In this document: positions 19,598-28,962 of the stretch, piece by piece | Numbering within the stretch: the first letter of the stretch is position 1 | Layout of the letters: the number at the start of each line of letters is the position of its first letter | Assembly (NCBI GenBank): GCA_049583165.1 | Contig: JBAUVJ010000310.1 | Location: 1-39,698, forward strand | From: Candidatus Sulfotelmatobacter sp. | GTDB lineage: Bacteria > Acidobacteriota > Terriglobia > Terriglobales > Acidobacteriaceae | DNA length: 39,698 nt | Reading direction: 5' to 3' | Translations under genes and position numbers: made by a program | The notes under the pieces: model-generated | The model's database searches: none | Told to the model about the DNA's origin: nothing | Seen by the model: the letters and a program-made list of their open reading frames with translations, nothing else

Positions 19598-21256
19598 ATG
19601 GCAGCACAGGCAGTACCACTCACGAAGCGACCGAGGACCCGACGCACAGCCTGGAGCGGTCTGGCGTCACATTACAAGAAGGTCTCGCAACTGCACCTGC
19701 GGCAGCTTTTCGCGGACGATCCGCAGCGTGGCGAGCGCATGGCGGTCGAGGCTGTGGGCCTCTACCTCGATTACTCCAAAAACCGTGTAACTGACGAAAC
19801 TCTCAAGCTTCTACTTGAACTCGCAGAAGAGTCTGGCCTGCGCGCGCGGATTGACGCCATGTTCAGCGGAGAGAAGATCAATATCACGGAGAAGCGGGCT
19901 GTGTTGCACGTTGCTCTGCGTGCTCCAAAGGAGGCTTCCATTGTCGTCGACGGAAAGAATGTGGTGCCCGAGGTCCATTCTGTGCTCGACAAAATGGCTG
20001 ATTTCTCAGAGAGAGTACGGAGTGGCAACTGGAAGGGTCACACCGGTAAGCGCATTCGGAACGTCATTAACATCGGGATTGGCGGCTCTGATCTCGGCCC
20101 GGTTATGGCTTATGAAGCACTCAAGCATTACTCGCAGCGCGATATGACCTTCCGGTTCGTTTCCAACGTCGACGGAACCGATTTCGCGGAGGCGGTGCAG
20201 GCTCTCGACCCGATGGAAACTCTATTCATCGTTTCTTCAAAAACGTTTACGACGCTCGAAACAATGACCAACGCCCACTCAGCTCGCGATTGGTCTCTCG
20301 CGGGGTTGGGCGGCGACGAAAAGGCAGTCGCGAAGCATTTTGTCGCGGTGTCGACGAACGCGACGGAAGTGGCGAAGTTCGGAATCGACACGGCCAACAT
20401 GTTCGAATTCTGGGATTGGGTCGGCGGTCGCTACTCGATGGATTCGGCTATCGGCCTTTCGACCATGCTCGCCATTGGGCCGGATAACTTCCGCGCGATG
20501 CTGGATGGGTTTCACCAAATGGATGAGCATTTTCGAACGACTCCTTTCAATACCAACCTGCCCGTCCTGCTGGGCCTACTGGCTGTCTGGTACAACGACT
20601 TTTTTGGCGCTCAGACTGTCGCCGTTCTGCCGTACGAGCAGTATCTGAAACGGTTTCCGGCATATTTGCAACAGTTGACGATGGAGAGCAACGGAAAGCA
20701 CGTCACACTCGAGGGGAAAGCCGTCGCTCACGATACGGGGCCAATCTACTGGGGCGAGCCGGGAACGAACGGGCAACACTCGTTCTACCAGTTAATTCAC
20801 CAAGGGACGCGGCTGATCCCTTGTGACTTCATTGCTTTTGCCAAGGCGCTCAATCCAATGGGGCGCCATCATGACATGCTGCTGGCCAATGTCTTTGCCC
20901 AGACTGAGGCGCTTGCGTTCGGCAAAACCCCGGAACAAGTGAAGGCCGAGGGAACGCCCGACTGGCTTGTGCCGCACCGGGTCTTCGAAGGCAATCGCCC
21001 ATCGAACACAATTCTTGCCGACCAACTCACTCCCGGAATACTAGGGAAACTCGTGGCGCTGTACGAGCATTCCGTTTTCACGCAAGGTGTGCTCTGGAAT
21101 ATCGATTCGTTCGACCAGTGGGGTGTGGAGCTTGGCAAGGTTCTGGCGCAACGCATTATTCCGGAACTTGAGAATAACCCTCAACCCGCCCTCAACCACG
21201 ACAGTTCGACCAAGACATTGATTCGCCGCTATCGCAAGCTCAAGGAGTCGCAATAA
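19598..21256 (+). CDS. pgi: glucose-6-phosphate isomerase
   Basis: [60 protein letters not shown] 19598 has AAGGAG 7 nt upstream. The ORF is open from GTG 19574. Confidence 0.93.
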   Translation: MAAQAVPLTKRPRTRRTAWSGLASHYKKVSQLHLRQLFADDPQRGERMAVEAVGLYLDYSKNRVTDETLKLLLELAEESGLRARIDAMFSGEKINITEKRAVLHVALRAPKEASIVVDGKNVVPEVHSVLDKMADFSERVRSGNWKGHTGKRIRNVINIGIGGSDLGPVMAYEALKHYSQRDMTFRFVSNVDGTDFAEAVQALDPMETLFIVSSKTFTTLETMTNAHSARDWSLAGLGGDEKAVAKHFVAVSTNATEVAKFGIDTANMFEFWDWVGGRYSMDSAIGLSTMLAIGPDNFRAMLDGFHQMDEHFRTTPFNTNLPVLLGLLAVWYNDFFGAQTVAVLPYEQYLKRFPAYLQQLTMESNGKHVTLEGKAVAHDTGPIYWGEPGTNGQHSFYQLIHQGTRLIPCDFIAFAKALNPMGRHHDMLLANVFAQTEALAFGKTPEQVKAEGTPDWLVPHRVFEGNRPSNTILADQLTPGILGKLVALYEHSVFTQGVLWNIDSFDQWGVELGKVLAQRIIPELENNPQPALNHDSSTKTLIRRYRKLKESQ

Positions 21257-21299
21257 CTGCGCTCAATCTTGAATCAATCGCTTTCAGTAAGGAGCTTAC

Positions 21300-22346
21300 A
21301 TGCAAATCGGAATGATCGGAATGGGAAGAATGGGCGCCAACATGGTGCGGCGACTGATTAAGAGTGGGCACGATTGCGTTGTGTTCGACCAGTCGGCAAA
21401 GGCGGTGAACGAGCTGGTCAAAGAGAATGCGATCGGATCCGCCTCTCTGCAAGACCTGGTGAGCAAGCTGGCTAAACCGCGCGCGCTGTGGCTGATGATT
21501 CCTGCCGCAGTCGTCGACGAAACCATCGCCGACCTGCTACCCCATCTGGACGCGGGCGATACCCTCATCGACGGGGGAAATTCTTATTACGTTGACGACA
21601 TCCGTCGCGCCAAGGAGCTGGCAAAGAAGAAAATCCACTATGTGGACGTGGGAACGAGCGGCGGCGTCTGGGGCCTGGACCGTGGCTATTGCATGATGAT
21701 CGGTGGGGAAGACGATGTCGTGCAACACCTCGACCCAATTTTGTCGACGCTCGCGCCAGGTATGGGGGACACACCGCGCACACCGGGCCGGGAGAAGCTC
21801 GAAGGCTCCGCCGAACGTGGCACGGCCGAACAAGGCTACTTACACTGCGGCCCAAACGGCGCGGGCCATTTCGTAAAGATGGTTCACAACGGAATCGAGT
21901 ACGGAATCATGGCGGCCTACGCAGAAGGGTTGAGTGTGCTTCGTTCGGCCAACGTCGGAAAACAACAAGGCAAAATTGACGCAGAGACCACGCCCTTACG
22001 TGATCCCGAGCATTACCAGTACGAACTGAATCTCCGCGACATCGCCGAAGTTTGGCGGCGGGGCAGCGTGATCGCATCGTGGCTGCTGGATCTTACTGCG
22101 ACGGCATTGCTCCAGGATCCCACCCTCACCAAATTTGCCGGCCGGGTGTCGGACTCCGGCGAAGGCCGCTGGACGATCAAAGCTGCGATCGACGAAGCGG
22201 TACCGGCGCCGGTTCTCACCGCCTCTCTATATGAACGCTTCAGCTCACGCGGCGAAGCGGAGTTTGCCAACAAGCTGTTGTCAGCCATGCGCTACGAGTT
22301 CGGCGGACATCTGGAAAAGCCGGCAGATAAATCAGAGGCCGCCTGA
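21300..22346 (+). CDS. gnd: 6-phosphogluconate dehydrogenase, decarboxylating (short gnd-like form)
   Basis: [15 protein letters not shown] Rossmann motif, [43 protein letters not shown]. Confidence 0.9.
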   Translation: MQIGMIGMGRMGANMVRRLIKSGHDCVVFDQSAKAVNELVKENAIGSASLQDLVSKLAKPRALWLMIPAAVVDETIADLLPHLDAGDTLIDGGNSYYVDDIRRAKELAKKKIHYVDVGTSGGVWGLDRGYCMMIGGEDDVVQHLDPILSTLAPGMGDTPRTPGREKLEGSAERGTAEQGYLHCGPNGAGHFVKMVHNGIEYGIMAAYAEGLSVLRSANVGKQQGKIDAETTPLRDPEHYQYELNLRDIAEVWRRGSVIASWLLDLTATALLQDPTLTKFAGRVSDSGEGRWTIKAAIDEAVPAPVLTASLYERFSSRGEAEFANKLLSAMRYEFGGHLEKPADKSEAA

Positions 22347-22360
22347 AGGAGTAGTGATTC

Positions 22361-23752
22361 ATGACGAGTCAAGTGAGGGAAACCGTCCCATCAGATGCCT
22401 TTGTGTTCTTTGGCGCCACTGGCGACCTGGCCTACAAACAGATTTTTCCGGCGCTGCAGCGATTGGTTCTGGACAAAAACTTCAACTTGCCGATCATTGG
22501 CGTGGCCAAGGCGGGTTGGAATCTAGAGCAATTGAAGGCGCGAGCCAAGGACAGCGTGGAAAAGAACGGCGGCATAGATCCAGCCGCATTCCAACGACTG
22601 ACCGGGCTTCTGCACTATGTGGACGGCGATTACCGCGAGGCCGCGACGTTCGCGAGCCTTCGCAAAGAATTGGGTCAAGCGAGTCATCCGCTCCACTATT
22701 TTGCGGTGCCGCCAAGCTTGTTTGGCACCGTGGCCGAGGGGTTGGCAAAGTCCGGCGCCGCCGCCAATGCTCGCGTCGTGGTCGAAAAGCCGTTTGGCCG
22801 CGACCTGTGTTCAGCTCAAGAACTCAGCCGAACACTCCACCAGTATTTCCCTGAAGAGAGCATCTTCCGCATCGATCATTATCTCGGCAAGGAGCCGGTG
22901 CAGAACATTCTGTACACGCGCTTTGCCAACCCTGTTTTCGAGCCTGTCTGGAACCGAACTTACATTCGCAGCATTCAGATAACGATGGCGGAGAAATTTG
23001 GCGTCGAGGACCGCGGCAAATTTTACGACGAAGCGGGCGCGACGCGCGATGTAGTGCAAAATCACATGCTGCAAGTGTTGGCCAACCTCGCTATGGATCC
23101 GCCGACGGGCGAGGATCACGAGGCGGTCCGCGATCAGAAAGCGGATCTGCTGAAGGCCGTTCGGCCCTTGAGCCCCGACTCAGTGGTGCGCGGCCAGTAT
23201 CGCGGTTACCAATCAGTGCCCGGGGTCGCTCCCGGCTCTACGGTAGAAACCTTCATCGCCGTTAAGTTATTCATCGATACATGGCGATGGGCCGGCGTAC
23301 CTATCTTTATTCGAGCCGGCAAAGAATTGCCAGCCACATCGACCGAAATATTTGTCGAATTCAAACGCCCGCCGCAAGAAAGCTTTGGTGAAATTGTTCC
23401 GGCCACCTCGGCCCATATGCGAATAAGAGTCAGCCCTGACATCAGCATCGGCTTGGGGGTCCGCGTCAAAGTGCCAGGGGAGAGGCTTGTGGGCCATGAT
23501 ATCGAACTCGGCATTACCAAACAGTCCGGCAATGATATGCCACCTTATGAAAGATTGTTGAGCGATGCAATGCACGGAATCTACGAGCTTTTCGGTCGTC
23601 AAGACTTGATCGAAGCACAGTGGCGGATCGTTCAACCCATCCTAGGTGATGTTGTTCCCGTCTACAACTACGAGCCAGGAACCTGGGGACCGGAAGAGGC
23701 GCAGCAGTTGATCGGCCCTGACGGGCCATGGATTAATCCGCAGGCTCTATAA
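22361..23752 (+). CDS. zwf: glucose-6-phosphate dehydrogenase
   Basis: FVFFGATGDLAYKQIFPAL, RIDHYLGKE (active-site peptide), MLQVLANLAMDPP. AAGGAG RBS. Confidence 0.93.
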   Translation: MTSQVRETVPSDAFVFFGATGDLAYKQIFPALQRLVLDKNFNLPIIGVAKAGWNLEQLKARAKDSVEKNGGIDPAAFQRLTGLLHYVDGDYREAATFASLRKELGQASHPLHYFAVPPSLFGTVAEGLAKSGAAANARVVVEKPFGRDLCSAQELSRTLHQYFPEESIFRIDHYLGKEPVQNILYTRFANPVFEPVWNRTYIRSIQITMAEKFGVEDRGKFYDEAGATRDVVQNHMLQVLANLAMDPPTGEDHEAVRDQKADLLKAVRPLSPDSVVRGQYRGYQSVPGVAPGSTVETFIAVKLFIDTWRWAGVPIFIRAGKELPATSTEIFVEFKRPPQESFGEIVPATSAHMRIRVSPDISIGLGVRVKVPGERLVGHDIELGITKQSGNDMPPYERLLSDAMHGIYELFGRQDLIEAQWRIVQPILGDVVPVYNYEPGTWGPEEAQQLIGPDGPWINPQAL

Positions 23753-23872
23753 GCCGAAATAATGAGCAGGATCTTCGCGGTTATGTAGCGAAGAAGAATG
23801 GCGAACTGTCCGAGACCGAGTTGGGACCTGAGTCCAATTTACGACGATTGACCAACGAAGGAGATGATTGAG

Positions 23873-24760
23873 ATGAAATCCCTACGCGAATACTTGCAGC
23901 AAGCGCAACAAAGCAGCGTGGCCATCGGCCATTTTAATATTTCCGACCTCGTGGCGTTAAAAGCGGTCTTCACCGCCGCCCAGGATCTGAAGGTACCGGT
24001 GATGGTTGGCCTGTCCGAAGGCGAGCGCGCGTTTGTGGGAACTCGTCAGATCGCCGCTTTCGTGCGCAGTTTGCGCGAAGAGTACGATTTTCCCGTTTTC
24101 CTGAATGCAGACCACACTCATTCCCTCGCCAAGGCTCTGGAAGCCGCCAAAGCCGGCTTCGACTCCATCGTCTTCGATCTCTCCGCCTTGCCCTTCGAAG
24201 AAAACGTCCGCCAAACCAAACAAGCCCTCGAAGCAATGAAGGCCATCAATCCCAACATGCTGGTCGAGGGCGAAATCGGCGACATCGGCTCCGGCTCCGA
24301 AATTCACGCAACCGCGCTCGACCTCTCGAAAGGCCTTTCCACACCGGAGCAAGCCAAACAGTTCGTCGAAGGCACCGGGGTAGATATCCTCGCTCCCGCG
24401 GTTGGCAATATGCACGGCATGCTTAAGAGCATGGTCGACGGCGAAACGAAAAAGCACCTGCACATCGACAGAATCGCCGCCATCAAGCAAGCCACCGGCA
24501 TATTCCTGACCCTTCACGGCGGCTCCGGCACCGACGATCAGGACTTCCGCAGAGCGATCGATGCCGGCATCGACATCGTCCACATCAACACCGAACTTCG
24601 CGTCGCCTGGCGCCGTGGCATGGAACAGGGCTTAGCCCAGCATCCAGACGAAGTTGTCCCCTACAAAATCCTTCCTACCGCCGTAGACGCAGTAAAACAA
24701 GTAGTGGCGTCACGCCTGAGGCTGTTCAACGATACACAGCGCTTCGCACAAGCAAGCTAG
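23873..24760 (+). CDS. class II fructose/ketose-bisphosphate aldolase family protein
   Basis: GHFNISDL, LNADHTHS, GEIG, GNMHG and LHGGSG metal/phosphate-binding motifs. I prefer ATG 23873 over 23864 because AAGGAG directly abuts 23864. Confidence 0.85.
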   Translation: MKSLREYLQQAQQSSVAIGHFNISDLVALKAVFTAAQDLKVPVMVGLSEGERAFVGTRQIAAFVRSLREEYDFPVFLNADHTHSLAKALEAAKAGFDSIVFDLSALPFEENVRQTKQALEAMKAINPNMLVEGEIGDIGSGSEIHATALDLSKGLSTPEQAKQFVEGTGVDILAPAVGNMHGMLKSMVDGETKKHLHIDRIAAIKQATGIFLTLHGGSGTDDQDFRRAIDAGIDIVHINTELRVAWRRGMEQGLAQHPDEVVPYKILPTAVDAVKQVVASRLRLFNDTQRFAQAS

Positions 24761-24778
24761 TTCCGGTGAGGGAAATGT

Positions 24779-25273
24779 ATGCCGAGCAACAAAGCAGCAA
24801 TCGCCATTGACGCAGGGCTCCCGGCGTCGAATCCTCTTGATGCCATTCCAGACGAAATACCATTCGATGTGCCCTATGGACCGCCGATATCACTAGACCG
24901 GGCCGAGGCAGTTATTGATGCCGCCGTGGCAGAGGCGAAGAAGCGGAATTGGAAGATGAACGTAGCCGTAGCCGATTCCGGCGGTAACTTAGTCGCCTTC
25001 CAACGGATGGACGGCGCGATGCTTGCCGCCATTCAGATTGCGCAACACAAGGCCCGAGCGGCCGCGACCTTCCGGCGCCCAACCAAGGTCTTCGAGGACG
25101 GCATCAACCTTATGCACCTCAACTATCTGCTCGCCTTCGACGGAGTCATTGCCTCTCGCGGCGGCATTCCACTGATCGAGCAGGGGGCGATAATCGGTGC
25201 GATCGGTTGTTCGGGAGGCACCGATTCCCAGGACGAGGTCGTCAGCAAGGCCGGCGCGACGGTCATTAACTAA
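24779..25273 (+). CDS. GlcG/HbpS-like (DUF336) heme-binding family protein
   Basis: VAVADSGGNLVAFQRMDGA, A.QKARAAATF, GGIPL...G..IGAIGCSGG....DE. Confidence 0.8.
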   Translation: MPSNKAAIAIDAGLPASNPLDAIPDEIPFDVPYGPPISLDRAEAVIDAAVAEAKKRNWKMNVAVADSGGNLVAFQRMDGAMLAAIQIAQHKARAAATFRRPTKVFEDGINLMHLNYLLAFDGVIASRGGIPLIEQGAIIGAIGCSGGTDSQDEVVSKAGATVIN

Positions 25274-25298
25274 CAGCCGGCGCTGCAATGACAGGTGG

Positions 25299-25329
25299 CC
25301 CACTCAAGCCTGGGCCTGGCTTGAGTGGG
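25299..25329. terminator. 12-bp perfect stem hairpin (CCCACTCAAGCC-N7-GGCTTGAGTGGG); REP-like element or terminator of the PPP operon
   Basis: Read directly. It starts 26 nt after the GlcG-like stop. No U-tract follows it, so a terminator role is uncertain. Confidence 0.4.
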
Positions 25330-25524
25330 GAATTCTATAGCTGACACATTCCGCCCGCCGCTCAATCGCATTTCTCGTGCTTCCATTCCGACTAGACCTG
25401 CACGTCTCCCTCAGCGCTGGCTGAGCAGTTTCAAATCGGGCTCCAACGTCCCGACTCTAACGTTCACAAAGAGCACGAGATTTAGGCCACGAGAAAAAAT
25501 ACAGAACTCTCTTGAGCAACTGGC

Positions 25525-26163
25525 CTAGTAGTTTTCCACGGGCCGCACCGGTTCGGGCGGAAGTGCCAACGCCGGTCGCTGTTGCAGCGCAAGCGCTGCG
25601 GGCGCAATTTCTTCCGCCGGCGGCAATGGCTGGCTAGTTTGCACCGTGCCAACTACCGTCGTCTGTATCGGACGCTCGCTGGAGAAAACCGCAAGGGCAG
25701 CTTTTCGCAAAGCGTGTTGCTCGGTTTCGATGTCTACAAATCCTTTAGGCTGGTAGGCGTTGTTCTGAATCGCAACTTTGTCAATGTCGTACTTAAGGCG
25801 TTGCGCCATCTGGTACAGAAGGTCAATCAAAAGACCCGTCTTCTTTTCCACCCAGCGGTTTAGGGCTTCACCCTCTCCGGCGTGTGAATTCAAATGATTG
25901 ATATACAGCCTCCATGCATCCAACACCTTCTTATCAGGGCCGCGCGTGGCATAGAATTCCACCTCGATTGCGTTCAGCGCTTCAACGTGCGCAGGTGCCA
26001 ACTGGGTTGCCCGCGTTGTCATCAGCTTTCGGAAAATAGACATTTTGCGGTCCAACTTGGCACGCCTGTCGTCCAGCCACTTCTGTACCTGCAACGCGAT
26101 TATCGGGCTGGAAACAATTGCAATCACGCTGAGAATAGTCAAACGCTGGTCCAGAGTTAACAT
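25525..26163 (-). CDS. hypothetical membrane-anchored helical protein with a Pro/Ala-rich C-terminal tail
   Basis: 212-aa ORF with ATG start. N-terminal TM helix (LTILSVIAIVSSPIIALQV), a helical middle region, and the tail PLPPAEEIAPAALALQQRPALALPPEPVRP. I recognise no family with confidence. G+C is lower than in neighbouring genes. Confidence 0.7.
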   Translation of the reverse strand: MLTLDQRLTILSVIAIVSSPIIALQVQKWLDDRRAKLDRKMSIFRKLMTTRATQLAPAHVEALNAIEVEFYATRGPDKKVLDAWRLYINHLNSHAGEGEALNRWVEKKTGLLIDLLYQMAQRLKYDIDKVAIQNNAYQPKGFVDIETEQHALRKAALAVFSSERPIQTTVVGTVQTSQPLPPAEEIAPAALALQQRPALALPPEPVRPVENY

Positions 26164-26168
26164 AGCGC

Positions 26169-26174
26169 TATAAT
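26169..26174 (+). promoter_or_regulatory. consensus -10 box TATAAT for the 26206 operon
   Basis: Perfect TATAAT 32 nt upstream of ATG 26206, with GGGGAGG RBS at 26192-26198. There is no good -35. It sits in the 42-nt gap shared with the divergent gene. Confidence 0.35.
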
Positions 26175-26205
26175 CTGGCCAATACTAGCATGGGGAGGCC
26201 TTAAG

Positions 26206-26538
26206 ATGGCCATTGATGGATTCTGGATTGTGCACTTCACCGGAGCAGAAATCCTTGGCACAGGCGTCGTCGTGTTCACCAACGGCAAAGTGTTTGGCGG
26301 CGAAACGGGCTTCTACTACATCGGCACTTATCAAGCCCAAGGCAAGGTGGTTAAGGCGCGGGTGATGATTCGCAATTTCGACCCTGCTATCGCGAGCGGA
26401 TTTGGAATTGCCGGTGACTATGAGATGGATGTTTCGGCCACGCTTCCGGACGACAATAACATGACGGGTACGGCCATGATTACGAATCAGCCAAAGCACA
26501 ACCTAGGTATCCGGTTAACGAAGAAGGCAAACCTATGA
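26206..26538 (+). CDS. small beta-rich protein resembling the GrlR family (lipocalin-like barrel)
   Basis: 110 aa. The pattern DGFWIVHF..(x)GTGVVVFTNGKVFGGETGFYYIGTY...GKVVKARVMIRN resembles GrlR (DGIYSL.F....GEGVVVI.NG..HGGD..Y.Y.G.Y) as I remember it. Strong RBS. Confidence 0.6.
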   Translation: MAIDGFWIVHFTGAEILGTGVVVFTNGKVFGGETGFYYIGTYQAQGKVVKARVMIRNFDPAIASGFGIAGDYEMDVSATLPDDNNMTGTAMITNQPKHNLGIRLTKKANL

Positions 26539-26999
26539 CACTCACTTCTGTTTCTGCTGCCACTACGATTTTGGCCAACGCTATGAAGTTGCTGGATTCC
26601 GTAAGAGAGCAAGCGAAGGGCTCCAAAGACCTAGCGCTGAAAGAGAACATCAGCAACCTGTACAACGACCTGTTGGATTTGAAGGCCGCGCACATTCGCA
26701 TCGAAGAAGAAAACGCGGAGCTACGGCGCACCATCGCTCGCGCGGCGGAAAAACCCGTGCCGAAAATAAAGCAAGTAGGCTTAGCAAATTATTACTTCGT
26801 GGGCATTGAAGGCCCTTTCTGCCAACCATGCTACAGCGTTAATGGCAGGCTAGTACCACTGGCTCCTCAAAACCGCTACGCCGGTGGCATCGGCAGAAAA
26901 TGCGAAGTCTGTAACAAAGTTTTCTTTGAAACGAACGAAGTCCAACAAACATGGGTAGAGCCATTCATGGGCGGCGGCCCAGACGACTGGATGCGGTAG
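26535..26999 (+). CDS. hypothetical coiled-coil protein with a C-terminal CxxC...CxxC zinc ribbon
   Basis: 154 aa. The start overlaps the upstream stop (ATGA at 26535-26538). It has a heptad-like N-terminal half (LKENISNLYNDLLDLKAAHIRIEEENAELRRTI), then CQPCYS...(x25)...CEVCNK. Confidence 0.7.
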   Translation: MTLTSVSAATTILANAMKLLDSVREQAKGSKDLALKENISNLYNDLLDLKAAHIRIEEENAELRRTIARAAEKPVPKIKQVGLANYYFVGIEGPFCQPCYSVNGRLVPLAPQNRYAGGIGRKCEVCNKVFFETNEVQQTWVEPFMGGGPDDWMR

Positions 27000-27037
27000 T
27001 GAAAACCCCACCGTTCCGCTGGAGAGGCCTGGGGCGA

Positions 27038-27139
27038 GAAGACTGGGGACAAAAGGCAGGACGTTTCCTGACTTCTACGTCGATTCGTAAGCGTACGAAA
27101 TAGTGAACGTCCCGTCCGTCCCCGAGTTCCTGAGAACTG
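27038..27139. repeat. REP/MITE-like element: imperfect inverted arms around a short palindrome
   Basis: The left arm ACTGGGGACAAAAGGCAGGACGTT is the imperfect reverse complement of the right arm GTGAACGTCCCGTCCGTCCCCGAGT. The centre holds TTCGTA-AGCG-TACGAA. The same motif family occurs at 29559-29631 and 31119-31174. Confidence 0.7.
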
Positions 27140-27233
27140 CGTCAATCAGGACTCAGCGCCAGCCATCCGGCTAACAAATTTCTGGTAATGACCATCAAGC
27201 TCTTGCCTAGCAACAAGCTGCTTTGTCGATCGA

Positions 27234-27707
27234 TCACATCCCTAATTTGCTGGCGAGCCAGTAATCGACACTGAACTTTCCCGGGCCAGTGCAGATCAGC
27301 CAGATAAAGAAGAGGACGTACAGGACTTCCGGAAGGTAGAGGAAATCGTCGAGCCAGCTAAGAGGCGAAAGTCCTTTCGGCAGGGTGGAAAGCGAGTTGG
27401 TCAGGACCGCGACAGTCATGTCGATCAATAAAGCGACACAGGCCGGGCTCGAAAGAAGCCCCACGGCCACCAAGGATCCGCCAACGAACTCGACACCCGA
27501 CACGAAATAAGCCGTCTGGCGAGGAAACGGAGCTTTGGCCTGAACGAGCGTTTCGTAAACAGGTTTGGTGCCGCCGGCGACAAACAATTTGTTTGCCCCG
27601 GAGATGGCGAAGAACAGCCCGATCGAAACCCGTACCAGCAGGATGGCGTATTGTTCCCAATCGCCGCTACCCAGTAGCGCAAACTGGACCAACCGTTTCC
27701 AATCCAT
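27234..27707 (-). CDS. DoxX family membrane protein
   Basis: LLVRVSIGLFFAISGANKLF, about four TM segments. ATG 27707 has GGAGG upstream (GTG 27722 is possible). Confidence 0.8.
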   Translation of the reverse strand: MDWKRLVQFALLGSGDWEQYAILLVRVSIGLFFAISGANKLFVAGGTKPVYETLVQAKAPFPRQTAYFVSGVEFVGGSLVAVGLLSSPACVALLIDMTVAVLTNSLSTLPKGLSPLSWLDDFLYLPEVLYVLFFIWLICTGPGKFSVDYWLASKLGM

Positions 27708-27782
27708 CTCTTGCCCCTCCACCCGAAGATGTGCTGCAAATCTAAAGAGGCGCAGTCGTTCGCGAACTCTCGCGCCTTGAGG

Positions 27783-28217
27783 CTATGTGTCCATCCGTTC
27801 GACCCATTGAGCGCGCCATGGGGGAGCCGGGAACGGATCCGCGAAGTACTGTGTTTCCCGCGCAACTTTGTCGCCCTTGAACTCCATGATGCTCACAGTG
27901 TAGGACGGCTTGCCGTCATAGGTCAGGATGAATTCGGTGACCCAAAGATCACCGCCACCAATGATTCGTCGGACGGTGAAGCGCTTGTTGCTTGGCTGAC
28001 TAGCGCGCTGGCCCTGTATATTCGCTCGACCGCGAGTTCGCTCGCCGGACTGCGGGTAGTCCAGCACCGCGTCCTCGTGATAGATGAGGTGCTCCGTTTC
28101 GAAATCGTTCGCATCGGACGCCGCCCAATGCTGATCGAGTGCCGCACGGATTTCTTGATCTCGCACTCCGGAATACGTCGCCTTCTCTTGTTGATCGTTC
28201 ACTTGTTGAGCGTTCAT
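27783..28217 (-). CDS. NTF2-like / SnoaL-like domain protein
   Basis: 144 aa with the pattern IRAALDQHWAASDANDFE....YHEDAVLDYPQSGE...GR..I, typical of SnoaL/ketosteroid-isomerase-like folds. Confidence 0.7.
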   Translation of the reverse strand: MNAQQVNDQQEKATYSGVRDQEIRAALDQHWAASDANDFETEHLIYHEDAVLDYPQSGERTRGRANIQGQRASQPSNKRFTVRRIIGGGDLWVTEFILTYDGKPSYTVSIMEFKGDKVARETQYFADPFPAPPWRAQWVERMDT

Positions 28218-28267
28218 TTTGAGCCTCGATTTTTGTGTTTCAATCCGGATCCCGTGCGGGCCGAGCG

Positions 28268-28720
28268 TTAACCATACGTAAATTCCGGCTTGCTCTGTCC
28301 GACCTCGATAATGTAACCGTCAGGATCGCGGATGTAGCAGAGCGTTTCGCCGTAATGGTCCTTCGGCTCCGTGATGAACTCGGCTCCTCGACTTCTCCAT
28401 AATTCATAGCACGCTTGAATATCCGCAACGCGGAGATTCATAAAGCTGCTGATCTTATCCGGGTTGGGGACGCTGAGCGTTACCGACGGCTTTTCGGGGG
28501 TCGGCCCGCCTCCGACGTTGACGATGAGCCACGCATTCGCGATCTGAATGTACCCCGGCGCGCCCTTGCTGTCGCCTCCGCTCAGAATGCGACCGCCGAA
28601 GACCGTTTCGTAGAAGCGAGTGGATCGGTCGACGTCGGCGACAGTGAGAAAATATGCGACGGTGAACCCCTCCCGCGGGGGCATCTCGTAGCTTTTTTGT
28701 TCGACCTGTACGCCGCTCAT
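28268..28720 (-). CDS. VOC (glyoxalase/bleomycin-resistance/dioxygenase) family protein
   Basis: FLTVADVDRSTRFYETVFGG ... FMNLRVADIQACYELWRSRGAEF ... IRDPDGYIIEV. The start is uncertain: ATG 28720, TTG 28747 or ATG 28684. Confidence 0.8.
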   Translation of the reverse strand: MSGVQVEQKSYEMPPREGFTVAYFLTVADVDRSTRFYETVFGGRILSGGDSKGAPGYIQIANAWLIVNVGGGPTPEKPSVTLSVPNPDKISSFMNLRVADIQACYELWRSRGAEFITEPKDHYGETLCYIRDPDGYIIEVGQSKPEFTYG

Positions 28721-28962
28721 TGATGTCTCGAATTCCGACGACCCCAATTCCGATAAACAGTGCTCATCCGCCGATTCTGGTTCTTTCGTATTTATACCTG
28801 GTGCCGATTAAGCCTGACGAGGAAAGGCAAAACAATTGGACCAAGGTATCGCATGATGCTTTGGTATCGTTTGCAGGCGGTTGTTCTATAAGGCCGTTAT
28901 CCGTCAACTTGCCGGCAGGAGGAACCATGGGTAGTGGGCTACTTTGAATTGCTGCTCCTGAG

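Noticed and set aside
25325-25528. 67-aa plus-strand ORF in the gap between the GlcG-like gene and the islet.
   Set aside because: It has no RBS, starts inside the hairpin and has a Ser/Arg/Pro-rich composition. The region contains degenerate repeat motifs instead.
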